Shown in pieces: positions 29,987 through 42,052 of a stretch of 64,000 nt of DNA. How positions within the stretch are numbered: the first letter of the stretch is position 1; the number at the start of each line of letters is the position of its first letter. Below the pieces are notes generated by a model that saw nothing but the letters and a program-made list of their open reading frames with translations, had not been told where the DNA came from and searched no databases. A program made the translations under genes and the position numbers. This DNA is from an uncultured Gammaproteobacteria bacterium (GTDB lineage: Bacteria; Pseudomonadota; Gammaproteobacteria; Legionellales; Legionellaceae). The stretch covers positions 14,120 through 78,119 of the forward strand of contig CAWAUF010000015.1 in the NCBI GenBank assembly GCA_963785145.1, written 5' to 3'.

Positions 29987-31846
29987 TTATATACCTATAG
30001 ATAATTTTTTCACATTACGGCCACCATAATACCAATTCACAATGGCCCTGGTATAGGTAATCGCTGTGAGCATGGAGGTCAATAGTCCCAAAGAAAGAGT
30101 GACTGCAAATCCTCGGACTGGACCAGTTCCAACTGCAAACAAAATGATGGCCACAATCAAAGTGGTCACGTTTGCATCCAGGATGGTGGCAAAAGCCCTA
30201 TCATACCCTGCCGAAATCGCAGCTTGTGGGGACAGGCCATTGCGTAATTCTTCACGAATGCGTTCATAAATGAGCACATTCGCATCCACTGCCATGCCCA
30301 CGGTCAATACGATCCCGGCGATGCCTGGCAAAGTCAGGGTTGCATCGATGAGGGATAATAGAGCACCTAACAAAACCAAGTTAAGCAATAAGGCAATGTC
30401 GGCTACTAAGCCAAAAAATCGATAATAAAGCAACATCAATACCAAAATGAGACCCATACCCACTTGTAAAGAAACAACACCCCGACGAATATTTTCCTTA
30501 CCTAAAGAAGGCCCTACTGTCCGTTCTTCAATCGGAACCATTGCCGCCGGCAATGCACCCGCTCTGAGCAACAAAGCCAAATTACTTGCTTCTTTTTGAT
30601 CTTTAAGGCCGGTGATTTGAAAATTATTGCCTAAGGCGGATTGAATGACCGGAGCTGAGATCACTTTTTCTTCCTTACGAGTCACTCGTTTTTCAACCCC
30701 ATTGATCATTTGCATGGTGGTTTTGGTTTCTACATAAACTACGGCCATGCGTTTGCCAATGTTTTCGCGAGTCACCTTAGTAAATAAGGTTTCACCGCCA
30801 CCCCCTAATTGGATTTGCACGGCCGGACTTGCGGTTTGTTGATCGAAGCTTGAAACCGCGGAGGTAATGGAATCACCGCTTAAAACCACTTGCCTTTTTA
30901 ATAAAATCGGCTCTCCTTCCATGATGTACAGCTTAGCACTCACCGGGATGGCACCGGTTTGTTTGGCAACTTGCGGATCATTAGTATGATCCACCATATT
31001 AAACTGCAAAGTGGCAGTACCGCCTAAGATTTGCTTCGCTCGGACTGCGTCTTGAATTCCAGGTAAATCCACTGCAACCCGGGTTGCACCCTGTTGTTGC
31101 ACCACCGCTTCACCCACGCCCAATTCATTCACTCGATTGCGAAGAATACTCATGGTTTGCTCAATGGTATTTTGTCTTATCGTATTGGATTCTGTCGGAG
31201 AAAGCGATCCGAGGATGGTTAAATTGTCCTTGCCTTTGACATAAACCAATTCGGGTAATTTTTGTTTTAATTCAGTCAGTGCTTTTTCTAGGGATGGTTC
31301 GTCTCGAAAACGCAATTCAATGCCCTTTGAGGCGGTGTAACGAATACCCGAATAGCGAATACCCAGTTCACGTAAATCTTGTCCTATGGTTTTCATAAGG
31401 CCTTCATATCTACGGGCCACGACGCTGTCTACATCCACTTCCAATAGAAAATGCACCCCTCCCCTGAGATCAAGTCCCTGCTTCATCGGACTTGCATGAA
31501 ACATTTCCAGCCAATGAGGCGTACTGGGGGCTAGATTCAAAGCCACGGTATAATTCGCGCCCAGGCTGTTTTTAATCAGGTCTCGAGCCAATAATTGCGC
31601 ATCCGTGGTTTTAAAAATAACCTCAATCCCCTCGTTTTCCAGGATCACCGAGCTATATTCCAGTTTATTTTCTTTTAAAATGGTTTCTACTTGTTTTTTT
31701 AACTGATCTTTATCGGCGGGGGTTTTTTCAGCGGAAATTTGAACCACTGGATTCTCAAGGTATAAATTCGGTATGGCATAAATAAACCCAATGACCACAA
31801 TGAAAATCAGCATTAGATTTTTCCATAAAGGATATTTGTTTTGCAT
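29987..31846 (-). CDS. secD: Protein translocase subunit SecD
   Basis: 619 aa, SecD-like throughout. Confidence 0.9.
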   Translation of the reverse strand: MQNKYPLWKNLMLIFIVVIGFIYAIPNLYLENPVVQISAEKTPADKDQLKKQVETILKENKLEYSSVILENEGIEVIFKTTDAQLLARDLIKNSLGANYTVALNLAPSTPHWLEMFHASPMKQGLDLRGGVHFLLEVDVDSVVARRYEGLMKTIGQDLRELGIRYSGIRYTASKGIELRFRDEPSLEKALTELKQKLPELVYVKGKDNLTILGSLSPTESNTIRQNTIEQTMSILRNRVNELGVGEAVVQQQGATRVAVDLPGIQDAVRAKQILGGTATLQFNMVDHTNDPQVAKQTGAIPVSAKLYIMEGEPILLKRQVVLSGDSITSAVSSFDQQTASPAVQIQLGGGGETLFTKVTRENIGKRMAVVYVETKTTMQMINGVEKRVTRKEEKVISAPVIQSALGNNFQITGLKDQKEASNLALLLRAGALPAAMVPIEERTVGPSLGKENIRRGVVSLQVGMGLILVLMLLYYRFFGLVADIALLLNLVLLGALLSLIDATLTLPGIAGIVLTVGMAVDANVLIYERIREELRNGLSPQAAISAGYDRAFATILDANVTTLIVAIILFAVGTGPVRGFAVTLSLGLLTSMLTAITYTRAIVNWYYGGRNVKKLSIGI

Positions 31847-31862
31847 TTACGTTTTCCTAGCC

Positions 31863-32199
31863 TTAGATGGATTTTAAAGTGCCTTTTGGCAATACGCTAA
31901 CCACTGCATTTTTCTGCAGATTGATCTCTACCCCTTCGGCAAGGCTTACCTTCATGTATTGATCATCCAAGCTTACAATTTTAGCCAACATGCCACCGGA
32001 GGTGATGATTTCATCGCCTTTCTTGAGGCGGTTGATGAGAATCCCTTTGTTCTTTAGCTCGTTTGTTTTGAGGTCTAATCAACATAAAATAAAATAAAAC
32101 GAAGATGCCAGCTATCATGATCAGTGAGAAAGAACCATCTGATTGAGCTGCTGGGGTGTTGTTCACTGCAGCAACTGCATCGCTTATAAAAAAACTCAT
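31863..32199 (-). CDS. yajC: Preprotein translocase subunit YajC (frameshift near 32040)
   Basis: The N-terminal TM helix plus RPQNKRAKEQRD is in one frame. The remainder (GDEIITSGGMLAKIVSLDDQYMKVSLAEGVEINLQ...) reads in a second frame. Confidence 0.7.
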
Positions 32200-32455
32200 A
32201 TCATCTCCTGATTGCCATTAATTAACTTGAATTTCGTGACATCATATAGTGATTTTCAACGAAGGTAAATGCAAAGACCTAACATCCAAATTAAAATGTA
32301 ATGGATGTGCCCAAGTACATCAAAAACATCCAGTCGAATGATTTTTTATTATCCTTACAACATAAAATTTTTCTATTTTGATTGATTTGTTTCGTCTATT
32401 GCAATATATTTGCCGCCTGCAATTTTTTACAATTAACCATCCAGGAGTTTTACTA

Positions 32456-34396
32456 ATGCGACGTCACTTAGAACAAAAAATGGAACCCACAAAAGCACCA
32501 CACCTCATGTCTCATATCATTCCAGAACATCAAGCCGCCGTAGTGGTTGCAGAAATGGATAGAAAGGAAGAGGAAGAAGAGCAGTTTGCGAAATATGGGG
32601 AAAAATACGCAAAATCCAGTGATGATCATTGGTTGGATAGGCATGGTGAAAACATAGCTCCAGAATTGGCTGAATTTTGTTTAAATCCAGAACAAAGTCG
32701 ATCTTACTATACTCGAAAAACAGTAAGAGACTGGTACGATCTTCGTTTATCGGCCAACCCTGCTAGCTTAGAACCCAATACCATTTATTTAAGTGCGGAT
32801 CCGCAAAATAAGATTCAATACACCCTATTGGATATGAATGGTCATCGAGTCACCGCAAGTACTTCCATTTTGGTCGAATCTCATGAATTAACCATGCGCC
32901 AAGCCATTCGCATGAAAGACGAGGTATTGAAGGCAGCGATTCAAGCAAAGCAAATCCATGCCTCACCTTATGAATATTACGAAGGCATTCCCTGTGCAAC
33001 TTTGGTGAAATCCAGATTTGGAAATGAACCGGACATCGTTGTTCCAGAAGGACAGGTGGGTTTGGCTTATCATCAGGGCAAACCGGTATTTTTAGCACCC
33101 GGATCTTATATGCTATCCCCAGAGTATACCCTCCCAATTGAACCTCAGCCAAGGCTAGTAGCCACCACCAATAAGCACATTACGCATGGCACCATGCACA
33201 TCATCCGCGTGGAAGGTCAAGCGATGTGGCAGGTGACTGATCCGACTAAAATGGACGATTTTAGAATTTTAACTCAAGGCACGCATGTGATTGAGCTGCC
33301 CTCTGGAACGGTGAGAGAAGTTCAAGACACCAGCAAGCAAGTGTTGTGGGTAAAAAACGATGAAAAAGAAGCGGTTAAAAAGCCTGATGTCAAGCCAGAG
33401 GTGAAAGCAGAAAAGCCAAAAGAAGAAGAAAAAGTTCCTGCAGGACGTAAGCCTGGTCGAGTCATCTTTGTAAAAGTGCCCCAAGGAAAGGTAGCGGTTT
33501 GCTATGACAATGAAGGTCAATTGCGCATATTGAAGCCTGGAATGTTCTATCTCCCACCTTCTTGGACTTTCTACGATTATATTTCTTATAAAAAGAACAT
33601 TGAAAAGGTACGATTGGAAAGCATCAAATCCAAAGACAACATCACCTTCGATGTCGAAGCCCACGTCCGATATCAGATCATCGATCCATACCATGCGGTT
33701 AAAGAATTTGGTCCCAATGGGATTTATAAAGCCATCAAAGATTCCGCTGCAGAAGCCGTGAAGTTGGATTTCAATGGCAAATCCATTGTATTTAATAATC
33801 AAGCCCAATTCGATGCCTGTGTGCCTGCCCCGGCTTATCAGGATTATCAAGAACCACCACCCGATTACGATGGATCCAAAGCCGTACAAAATATGAATGC
33901 GCAATTGGAAGAAGGCAAGGTCAAAATTCATAAGGTCTCCATTATGAAATACACCCCTTCTCATCCTGCGGTTCTTAAGGCAATTGAAGAAGCCTCTGCA
34001 GTCCGTGTCAATTTAGGCAAGGCAAAAGCAGAACTGGAATCCATGAAAGTGTGGACTCAAAGCCAAGAACTTACAATTGCCTATTTGAGAAAACAAGGCG
34101 AAGTAAGAACCTTGGAATTTGCAGAGACTAAAGCCCAATGCAACCTGATGCTTGAGGTAGCGAAGGCTGCTGTAGAAACAGCAAAAATTCTCAACACCAC
34201 TCCTGGTGCACGTGAAATCTTCAACAGACAGATGCCACCCAAAACAGGACATGCTCAACTTCCAGATGCATTCTTTAATCAAGGAAATCCCCAGGCTGCG
34301 CCGCGTGCCCCAGAACAAGCGGCTGGAAATCAGGCAGTCAAGGTGCATTTACCAGACCAAGATGCCGGAAAAGGAGCCCAACAATCCTTCAGGTAA
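32456..34396 (+). CDS. Large SPFH/band-7-like domain protein, paralog 1 (effector-like)
   Basis: AGGAG RBS 10 nt upstream of the ATG. VPEGQVGLAYHQGKPVFLAPG and a second GKVAVCYDNEGQLRILKPG...ITFDVEAHVRYQIIDP segment resemble SPFH cores. Has a KPEVKAEKPKEEEK linker. Confidence 0.4.
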   Translation: MRRHLEQKMEPTKAPHLMSHIIPEHQAAVVVAEMDRKEEEEEQFAKYGEKYAKSSDDHWLDRHGENIAPELAEFCLNPEQSRSYYTRKTVRDWYDLRLSANPASLEPNTIYLSADPQNKIQYTLLDMNGHRVTASTSILVESHELTMRQAIRMKDEVLKAAIQAKQIHASPYEYYEGIPCATLVKSRFGNEPDIVVPEGQVGLAYHQGKPVFLAPGSYMLSPEYTLPIEPQPRLVATTNKHITHGTMHIIRVEGQAMWQVTDPTKMDDFRILTQGTHVIELPSGTVREVQDTSKQVLWVKNDEKEAVKKPDVKPEVKAEKPKEEEKVPAGRKPGRVIFVKVPQGKVAVCYDNEGQLRILKPGMFYLPPSWTFYDYISYKKNIEKVRLESIKSKDNITFDVEAHVRYQIIDPYHAVKEFGPNGIYKAIKDSAAEAVKLDFNGKSIVFNNQAQFDACVPAPAYQDYQEPPPDYDGSKAVQNMNAQLEEGKVKIHKVSIMKYTPSHPAVLKAIEEASAVRVNLGKAKAELESMKVWTQSQELTIAYLRKQGEVRTLEFAETKAQCNLMLEVAKAAVETAKILNTTPGAREIFNRQMPPKTGHAQLPDAFFNQGNPQAAPRAPEQAAGNQAVKVHLPDQDAGKGAQQSFR

Positions 34397-34402
34397 AAAA
34401 GT

Positions 34403-34428
34403 AGGTTGGGCCTTGGCCCAACTTTTTA
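34403..34428 (+). terminator. GC-rich palindromic hairpin GTTGGGCC-TT-GGCCCAAC followed by a T-run (probable terminator, also a dispersed repeat)
   Basis: Lies 7 nt after the stop codon. A related palindrome sits at 34436-34455, and the same core recurs at 54000-54037. Confidence 0.5.
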
Positions 34429-34486
34429 AAGAATATTGTTGGGCCAAGGCCCAATTTACTCTAAATTATTCAATTAGGAGATCTAT

Positions 34487-36928
34487 ATGCCTGGAGCGAA
34501 AATGAATCATGAGGATTTTGCAAACTATGGAAAGGATCATGCTGTCTCTAAAGACAATCATCAAGCGGCACGATTTTCGTCCTTTATAACCTCTGAAATG
34601 AGGCCTTTTTGTTTTAATCCAAAAGAAAGCGAAGCCTATTTTCGTTTTTTAACATACGACCTGGAGGTATTTCCAACTCATCAAATGGAGCCTGAGGAAA
34701 AGAAAAGTTCCTTTTCTATGGTTAAAGAACGCACACTGTATTTGTATGTATATAAAAAAACAGAGCATGCAGAAGAGCATGCCGCAAAGGCCATCGAGTA
34801 CCAAATGCAGCTGCAAGAATTCAATGCAATGATTGCAGAGAATAAAAACCAACTTGCAGAGCTCAGAGCTCAAAGAGAGGATGTAGACAGATACCTCGAT
34901 GCACACAGACCTCGTGCTCCCGAGCCTCTTTTTGAGGACCACATTCAATACACGCTGTTAGACTCTGCCGGAAAGTTGGTGCATGGTAAAACAAAATTAG
35001 GCTTAACGGGTATAAGTCCCACGTTCACTTTAAACCAATTAAAACGTTATTTTGCAGAATTTAAAGTGCAAATCATTCAAGAAGCCTTAAGAGCTGATCC
35101 CGGCCCTGCTCTTCAATCCACTTATGAAGGCATACCCATTGAAACCCAAATGCAGTGGACTGAAGCCAGAGCTCGATTAGTAGCCAATGATTCACCAGCC
35201 AGTCAGAAATGGGTAACCGTACCTGAAGGCAGTGTCGGCCTCATTTTAAATCAAAAAAAACCTCAATTCATAGGCCCTGGAGATCACATCTTTACTGCAA
35301 GAGAGCCAGGAGTAAGCTTTGTCAGAATCCAATCCTTAAACCAGATGCATTTTGCACATGGTGACAGACATGTGGTCAAGGTCTTACCTGGGCAATTGAT
35401 TTTCGTGCAGTCCTATGTCATGGGATCAGATGACTACAGGCTATTGACCTCCATGCCAGGTGTTCATGTGTTTGAATTAAGCGATGCCACCATCGTGCCA
35501 GTGAATGATCCCTTTGGTCAGGACATCACCGTGACTTTACCAAGCGGACAAAAACGCTTTTTATTTGCAAAAACCGCTCAAGGCAAAGGCGGCATTCTGG
35601 TGGACAACCCCGAGCGTCTGGTGATGCTGTCTCCAGGTGTGACGCAAATCAGTCCTATAGCACGATTTTTTGGTCGAATTTCGACTAAGAATTCTTTATT
35701 AACTCTAAGCATCAAAGAAGTGAAAGACAAATCTGGTCGACTACTTAATGTGGACAAGGATGGAGTACCCCTACACATTGAGGCCGTGCTTCAATATAGA
35801 CTGATAAAACCCTACAATGCCATCCAGGATTTTTGCAGGGAAACCAGCTATGCGGGCAAGTTAACCATCAATCCAGACAACATCTCCAAACTCATCAAAC
35901 AAGAAGCCACCAAAGAATTGGTTAAACAGATCAACAGCTTCATATCCATAAGAGGCATGGCTTTGAAAAAGGTGGATTACTCTTTTTATGAAGGGGTTAT
36001 TGTCCGAGAAGTGCTGACGGCCTTAAATGAACGCTTGGTTCTTGAAACGAAAACTAAAATCAATGGGGTCATACAAAGCCTTTTAGTCACTTTGAAAAAA
36101 TCAACCGCAGAATCTTTGATCGGTTATGTAGACGATGGCTACCATGACTCGACCATAATCAATCGTCTTAAAAGAATTGTATCTCAAGGTCAGTTTGATT
36201 CCAATAAAGTAGAGGAGCTTGTTCCCGATTTAAAGACATTGGCGAGATTAGAGCCTGAGGTTCGATACGTACGCGATAGATATCAAGCTGTACAACAATG
36301 GGAGCTGGATACGAATAAGGATGTGATTGCTCAAATCAATTCAACCATAGAGGACTTAAGGAAACCACTCAATAAAGCTTTAATAACCAGTCTCATCGAT
36401 ACCTTGAGCAATGGCATACTCAACCCAGAAACCTTAAAAAGCTTGTATAAAAAGCTCAATCAACCCAACATCACCCGCGAAGTGGTTCTTTCAATCATTG
36501 ACGATTTAAGACAGGTAGAAGGAATAGCGCATACGGTGGTTAGTAAATTGACCATCACCACTTTAAAACCCTCTGATCCGAGAATGGTAGACGAGCTCGA
36601 AAATGCCTCAGCCCAAGCCATCACCCAGCATTCCAACGATCATGTGAAAACCAGCATGGTAGGCAATGAAAAAATGGACTTGATGCTCAAGGCACAACAG
36701 CAAGAAATTGAAAGACTGAAAAGAGATTCTGAAGAACTCTCAAAAGCAGGAGCTGCTTTGTTGGCTAACACAAAAATGGAAGTGGCTAAAATGCTGGAAG
36801 GAACTCCGGGAGCTGCGCAGATTTATGCAGCCAGCCTGCCATTGGTGAGTCAAAACAAAGACACCTTTTTCTATCCTCAAGACGAGGCAGCAGAGCAAAG
36901 TCTTTTATCTTTCCAACTTGGAAGTTAA
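34487..36928 (+). CDS. Large SPFH/band-7-like domain protein, paralog 2 (effector-like)
   Basis: N-terminal 300 aa collinear with paralog 1 (FANYGKDHAVSKDNH, FCFNPKESEAYF, IQYTLLDSAGKLV, YEGIPIETQ, VPEGSVGLILNQKKPQFIGPG). Long C-terminal helical region. Confidence 0.4.
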   Translation: MPGAKMNHEDFANYGKDHAVSKDNHQAARFSSFITSEMRPFCFNPKESEAYFRFLTYDLEVFPTHQMEPEEKKSSFSMVKERTLYLYVYKKTEHAEEHAAKAIEYQMQLQEFNAMIAENKNQLAELRAQREDVDRYLDAHRPRAPEPLFEDHIQYTLLDSAGKLVHGKTKLGLTGISPTFTLNQLKRYFAEFKVQIIQEALRADPGPALQSTYEGIPIETQMQWTEARARLVANDSPASQKWVTVPEGSVGLILNQKKPQFIGPGDHIFTAREPGVSFVRIQSLNQMHFAHGDRHVVKVLPGQLIFVQSYVMGSDDYRLLTSMPGVHVFELSDATIVPVNDPFGQDITVTLPSGQKRFLFAKTAQGKGGILVDNPERLVMLSPGVTQISPIARFFGRISTKNSLLTLSIKEVKDKSGRLLNVDKDGVPLHIEAVLQYRLIKPYNAIQDFCRETSYAGKLTINPDNISKLIKQEATKELVKQINSFISIRGMALKKVDYSFYEGVIVREVLTALNERLVLETKTKINGVIQSLLVTLKKSTAESLIGYVDDGYHDSTIINRLKRIVSQGQFDSNKVEELVPDLKTLARLEPEVRYVRDRYQAVQQWELDTNKDVIAQINSTIEDLRKPLNKALITSLIDTLSNGILNPETLKSLYKKLNQPNITREVVLSIIDDLRQVEGIAHTVVSKLTITTLKPSDPRMVDELENASAQAITQHSNDHVKTSMVGNEKMDLMLKAQQQEIERLKRDSEELSKAGAALLANTKMEVAKMLEGTPGAAQIYAASLPLVSQNKDTFFYPQDEAAEQSLLSFQLGS

Positions 36929-36938
36929 TCCCTTGTAG

Positions 36939-37590
<652 letters not shown>

Positions 37591-37597
37591 TTACAAT

Positions 37598-38938
37598 CTA
37601 AAGAATGTAACGCGCCAAATCTTCATCTGCAACCAATTTGCCTAGATTTTTTTCAACATAGGCTTTATCAATGTGCACCTTTTCGCCGGATTTATCCGTT
37701 GCTTCAAAGGAAATCACCTCCAATAAGCGCTCCATGACCGTATACAACCGCCTTGCCCCGATGTTTTCCGTACGCTCGTTGACCTGCCAGGCCACTTCGG
37801 CAATGCGCCTGATTCCAGTGGCATCGTAGGTTAATTCAAGTCCTTCTGTTGCCATCAAAGCGGCATATTGTTCGGTTAATGAGGCTTTGGGTTCGGTCAA
37901 AATGCGCACAAAATCTTCTACGGACAGTGCGGATAATTCCACCCGAATGGGCAATCGACCTTGCAACTCGGCAATTAAATCCGAGGGTCTGGACACATGA
38001 AAAGCGCCGGAGGCGATGAATAAAATGTGATCCGATTTCACCATGCCGTATTTGGTGGAAACCGTAGTGCCCTCGACCAAGGGCAACAAATCGCGTTGCA
38101 CTCCCTCGCGCGAAACATCTCCACCGCCTGCGTTTTCAGCGCGCCTTGCGACCTTATCCAATTCATCAATGAAGACGATGCCGTTTTGTTCCACGCTTTC
38201 AATGGCTTTGATTTTGATGTCTTCTTCATTGATTAATTTACTGGCTTCTTCTTCGCGCACGATTTTCATGGCTTTGCCAATGGTCATTTTACGAGTTTTG
38301 GTTTTATGCGACCCCACCTGTTGGAACATGGACTGCAATTGATTGGTCATCTCCTCCATTCCCGGAGGCGCCATGATTTCAATGCCTACGGGCATGGCAG
38401 TGACATCGATTTCAATTTCTTGCTCATCCAGGGTGCCTTCACGCAACTGTTTGCGAAACACTTGCCTGGCTGCAGAGTCTTTTTCTGCCTCGGAAACGCC
38501 TCGAGCCGGAGGCAATAAAATGTCTAAAATTCGATTTTCTGCAGCATCTTCAGCCAAATGGGAGACTTTTTTCATTGCCGATTCTCGTTCTTGTTTGATG
38601 GCAATGTCTGTCAAATCCCGCAATATGGAATCCACGTCACGCCCCACATAACCCACTTCGGTGAACTTAGTGGCCTCCACTTTAATAAAAGGTGCATGGG
38701 CCAGCTTGGCTAAACGTCTTGCAATTTCGGTTTTACCCACACCGGTTGGACCTATCATCAAAATGTTTTTAGGCATGATTTCATTTCGCAAGACTGGATC
38801 TTCAATCCTCATGCGACGCCAACGATTTCGCAAGGCAATGGCAACGGCTCGCTTTGCATCGTCTTGCCCGATGATGTGTTTGTCTAATTCTTGGACGATC
38901 TCGCGGGGAGTCATCACCATGTTATTGTTTACTGTCAT
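37598..38938 (-). CDS. hslU: ATP-dependent protease ATPase subunit HslU
   Basis: Walker A ([17 protein letters not shown]) and [20 protein letters not shown]. Confidence 0.95.
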   Translation of the reverse strand: MTVNNNMVMTPREIVQELDKHIIGQDDAKRAVAIALRNRWRRMRIEDPVLRNEIMPKNILMIGPTGVGKTEIARRLAKLAHAPFIKVEATKFTEVGYVGRDVDSILRDLTDIAIKQERESAMKKVSHLAEDAAENRILDILLPPARGVSEAEKDSAARQVFRKQLREGTLDEQEIEIDVTAMPVGIEIMAPPGMEEMTNQLQSMFQQVGSHKTKTRKMTIGKAMKIVREEEASKLINEEDIKIKAIESVEQNGIVFIDELDKVARRAENAGGGDVSREGVQRDLLPLVEGTTVSTKYGMVKSDHILFIASGAFHVSRPSDLIAELQGRLPIRVELSALSVEDFVRILTEPKASLTEQYAALMATEGLELTYDATGIRRIAEVAWQVNERTENIGARRLYTVMERLLEVISFEATDKSGEKVHIDKAYVEKNLGKLVADEDLARYIL

Positions 38939-39473
38939 TGGTTAATTCTTCTATAGTTAGATGGTTGTTGGTGTAGATGCAGATCTCACCTGCGATGGCT
39001 AATGCTTTTTGAACGATGTCTTTGGCGGATAATTTGGTGTTCCTAAGCAAAGCCCTGGCCGCAGCTTGTGCATAAGGTCCACCTGAGCCGATAGCAATCA
39101 ACCCTTCTTCTGGTTCAATGACATCTCCATTGCCAGAGATGATCAAAGAAGCCTTGGAGTCGGCTACAGCCAGGATCGCTTCTAACCGGCGCAATATTTT
39201 ATCTGTGCGCCAATCTTTGGCCAGCTCCACTGCAGCACGCACCAGATGGCCCTGATGCATTTCCAGTTTGGCTTCGAAACGTTCAAACAAAGTAAAGGCA
39301 TCCGCAGTCCCGCCAGCAAAACCGGCAATCACTTGATCTTTATACAATCGCCTGACTTTGCGGGCATTGCCTTTCATGATGGTGGCCCCCAAACTAACCT
39401 GACCATCTCCACCTATGACCACATGATTTCCTCGTCGAACCGACAGAATGGTTGTACCTCGATATTGTTCCAA
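38922..39473 (-). CDS. hslV: ATP-dependent protease subunit HslV
   Basis: N-terminal TTILSVRRG with the catalytic Thr. Overlaps hslU. Confidence 0.95.
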   Translation of the reverse strand: MEQYRGTTILSVRRGNHVVIGGDGQVSLGATIMKGNARKVRRLYKDQVIAGFAGGTADAFTLFERFEAKLEMHQGHLVRAAVELAKDWRTDKILRRLEAILAVADSKASLIISGNGDVIEPEEGLIAIGSGGPYAQAAARALLRNTKLSAKDIVQKALAIAGEICIYTNNHLTIEELTNDSKQ

Positions 39474-39552
39474 TTTAAAACCTCTATTGATGCTAAAAAT
39501 GGATAAATGGGGGCAGGTTATTAAAAATCAATGGATGACAGGAGAAAAAAGA

Positions 39553-40773
39553 TTAAAGAAAAGACAACCCTTGAGACAAAGGCGATATTCCCAAATGCTC
39601 AGCAATGCTTTGACCTACGTCGGCAAAGGTATCCCGACGACCAATGAACCGTCTTTTTATTTTTGGGCCGAAAACCAATACTGGAATATGTTCTCGAGTA
39701 TGATCCGACCCTGGAAAAGTGGGATCACAACCGTGATCAGCAGCAATCACAACGAAGTCATCCATCTTAAGCAAGGCTTCCAGCTCGGGAAGCCTTGCAT
39801 CAAAGGCTTCCAATGCATGAGCATAACCTGCCACATCACGTCTGTGTCCATAAGAAGAATCGAAATCAACGAAGTTTGTAAAAACCAGCCCGCCGGCTGG
39901 AAGATGACGGAAAGTCTCCAAAGTAGCATCCATCAAGGCCTGATTGCCATCTGCTTTGATGTTTTGCGTCATGCCCTGATGCGCAAAAATATCCGCCGTT
40001 TTCCCTATGGCTATCACTTCTCTTCCCGACGCTTTTAAATGATCAAGCAAGGTTTCTTCTGGCGGAGGCGTGGAATAATCCCTACGATTCCCAGTTCGTT
40101 TAAAGGCACCCGGCTCACCGATAAAGGGGCGTGCTATCACGCGACCGATTTGATATTCGTCCACCAAAGTGCGAGCAATCTCACACAAAGAATACAAGTT
40201 TTGTAAACCAAAACGCTCCTCATGGGCGGCTATTTGAAACACGCTATCGGCCGAAGTATACATAATGGGCTGACCGGTACGAAGATGCTCTTCTCCCAGC
40301 TCTTCTAAAATAGTCGTTCCAGAGGCGTGTTTTTCACCTAGAACTCCCGATAAGTTGGCTAGTTGTATTAAGGAATCGATTAATTTTTTTGGAAAACAAG
40401 AGGGTTGGTCTGGAAAATAACCCCACTCAAATAGCACCGGTACACAAGCGAGCTCCCAATGCCCACTGGGGGTGTCTTTACCCAAGCTGCGCTCCACAGC
40501 ATAACCATACAAAGCTTCAGGCTCAGACAGTGTGGACAAATCAATGCAACTCATTCCCGAACTTGAAACCAGGGCATGATATAGCCCCAATCGACTGAGA
40601 TTAGGAAGTACCAATGGGCCCTGTCTTAGTCCTGCTTTATCCGCTTTCCCCTCCATGCAGTACTCATAGATGTGCCCCAGCGTATTTGCACCTTCATCGC
40701 CATAATGAGCCGCATCCAGACTAGCCCCAATGCCTAAAGAATCCATCAGCAAGATGCAAACTCGACCCGCCAT
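39553..40773 (-). CDS. deoB: Phosphopentomutase
   Basis: Collinear with E. coli DeoB (LDSLGIGA...GANTLGHI...DTPSGHWE...[21 protein letters not shown]...ADHGCDPT). Confidence 0.9.
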   Translation of the reverse strand: MAGRVCILLMDSLGIGASLDAAHYGDEGANTLGHIYEYCMEGKADKAGLRQGPLVLPNLSRLGLYHALVSSSGMSCIDLSTLSEPEALYGYAVERSLGKDTPSGHWELACVPVLFEWGYFPDQPSCFPKKLIDSLIQLANLSGVLGEKHASGTTILEELGEEHLRTGQPIMYTSADSVFQIAAHEERFGLQNLYSLCEIARTLVDEYQIGRVIARPFIGEPGAFKRTGNRRDYSTPPPEETLLDHLKASGREVIAIGKTADIFAHQGMTQNIKADGNQALMDATLETFRHLPAGGLVFTNFVDFDSSYGHRRDVAGYAHALEAFDARLPELEALLKMDDFVVIAADHGCDPTFPGSDHTREHIPVLVFGPKIKRRFIGRRDTFADVGQSIAEHLGISPLSQGLSFL

Positions 40774-42050
40774 TAATGCTCAACCCGATTGCAATGGGTT
40801 TCTTTTAAACCCAAAGTCATTCCCAGGGCAATGATCAAACCGATGGGTAAAATCAATGCGGCATGCTGATAAGCTGCCAAATGATACACAGGAACCTCCT
40901 GAATCACATGCATGCTCCCATAACGAGTCAACAAGATGCTGAAGAGGTTTTGATACACCAGATAACCGCCTTGAGTCAAAATGGAGATGAGGCTAATCGC
41001 AGTAGCAGTCAGCAAAGGCGAGCTGCTTTCGGCAACCAATGCGTAGCTTATGACTTGAGCCGAAGTAAAAAAGCCGAGTAAAAAAAACAACACCGTCATC
41101 TTTGTCAAAGAAACAGGCAAATAGAGAATGGCAACAAGAATCAAAAAAGACAGAATGGCGCCCACTTTCATGGGCAAAACCCGTAAACCCACTTTGTCAG
41201 AAATCCAACCCACCAAAGGTGATCCAATGATGGCTCCTAAAAACAACATGCCGTTGACCATAGCGGCTTGTTCGGTTTGAATGGGTAAACGTTGTTCCAA
41301 ATAAAGGGTACCCATCATGGCACCAAAAACTGCAATGGCCATATTCATTAAACTGGTGTATAAGGCTGCGCGAAAAAATTGAGTATTTAAATAGGTGTTC
41401 CCAAAGGCTTTGGTTAGGGTCATGGAGTGGCCTGATCTTCTGGGTGCAGTGGGGTTTTCTTGGATCCAAAAAAACATGACAACCAGCATGACTAAGCCAA
41501 GCAAACCCACATCCAAAACCGCTTGACGCCAACCCACCAAAGCCACCAACTTGGTTAAGGGATATTGTGCCAACATGCCCCCTGTCATTGCCATGGTGAC
41601 GATGATTCCAGTGACCAAAGCCATGCGTTTGGGAGGAAACCATTGAGAAGCTAGGCGCACTGGGCCTAAAAAGCAAAAGGCACCACCAATACCAGTAACG
41701 AAACGACAAATCAAAGCCACGTAAAAAGAATCGGAGGTGGCTAAGAGAAAGGTGGAGGCCACACAAAGGGACATGGCAATGAGAATGGTTTTCTTAATGG
41801 AGAATCTATCGAGTATGATTCCAGCCACGAATAAAAACAGGACATTGGATAAATAATAGCTGCTGGACAGATAGGTCATCTTATCCGCTTGGATATGATA
41901 AGCCTGCATGATGTTGGATGCAATGGAAGCAAACATGTTTCCTTGAATGAATTCATAAAAGAAAAACAAGGTTGCTGCAAAACAAACCATCCAGGGTAAG
42001 TATGAAGAATAAGCCTCCGTATCTTGAATCTCATGAGCCACCGGATGCAT
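40773..42050 (-). CDS. MFS transporter (Legionella Pht phagosomal-transporter-like), tandem paralog 1
   Basis: 12-TM MFS architecture; paralogous to the adjacent gene. Confidence 0.6.
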   Translation of the reverse strand: MHPVAHEIQDTEAYSSYLPWMVCFAATLFFFYEFIQGNMFASIASNIMQAYHIQADKMTYLSSSYYLSNVLFLFVAGIILDRFSIKKTILIAMSLCVASTFLLATSDSFYVALICRFVTGIGGAFCFLGPVRLASQWFPPKRMALVTGIIVTMAMTGGMLAQYPLTKLVALVGWRQAVLDVGLLGLVMLVVMFFWIQENPTAPRRSGHSMTLTKAFGNTYLNTQFFRAALYTSLMNMAIAVFGAMMGTLYLEQRLPIQTEQAAMVNGMLFLGAIIGSPLVGWISDKVGLRVLPMKVGAILSFLILVAILYLPVSLTKMTVLFFLLGFFTSAQVISYALVAESSSPLLTATAISLISILTQGGYLVYQNLFSILLTRYGSMHVIQEVPVYHLAAYQHAALILPIGLIIALGMTLGLKETHCNRVEH

Positions 42051-42052
42051 TC

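Noticed and set aside
33269-33964. 231-aa minus-strand ORF
   Set aside because: Antisense within the SPFH-like paralog 1 gene; likely a byproduct of codon bias.
38027-38945. Several 60-100-aa ORFs on both strands
   Set aside because: All lie inside hslU in other frames.
41197-41766. 189-aa ORF inside the MFS transporter gene
   Set aside because: Lies in an alternative frame of a confidently called MFS gene, is Trp/His-rich and has an atypical composition.
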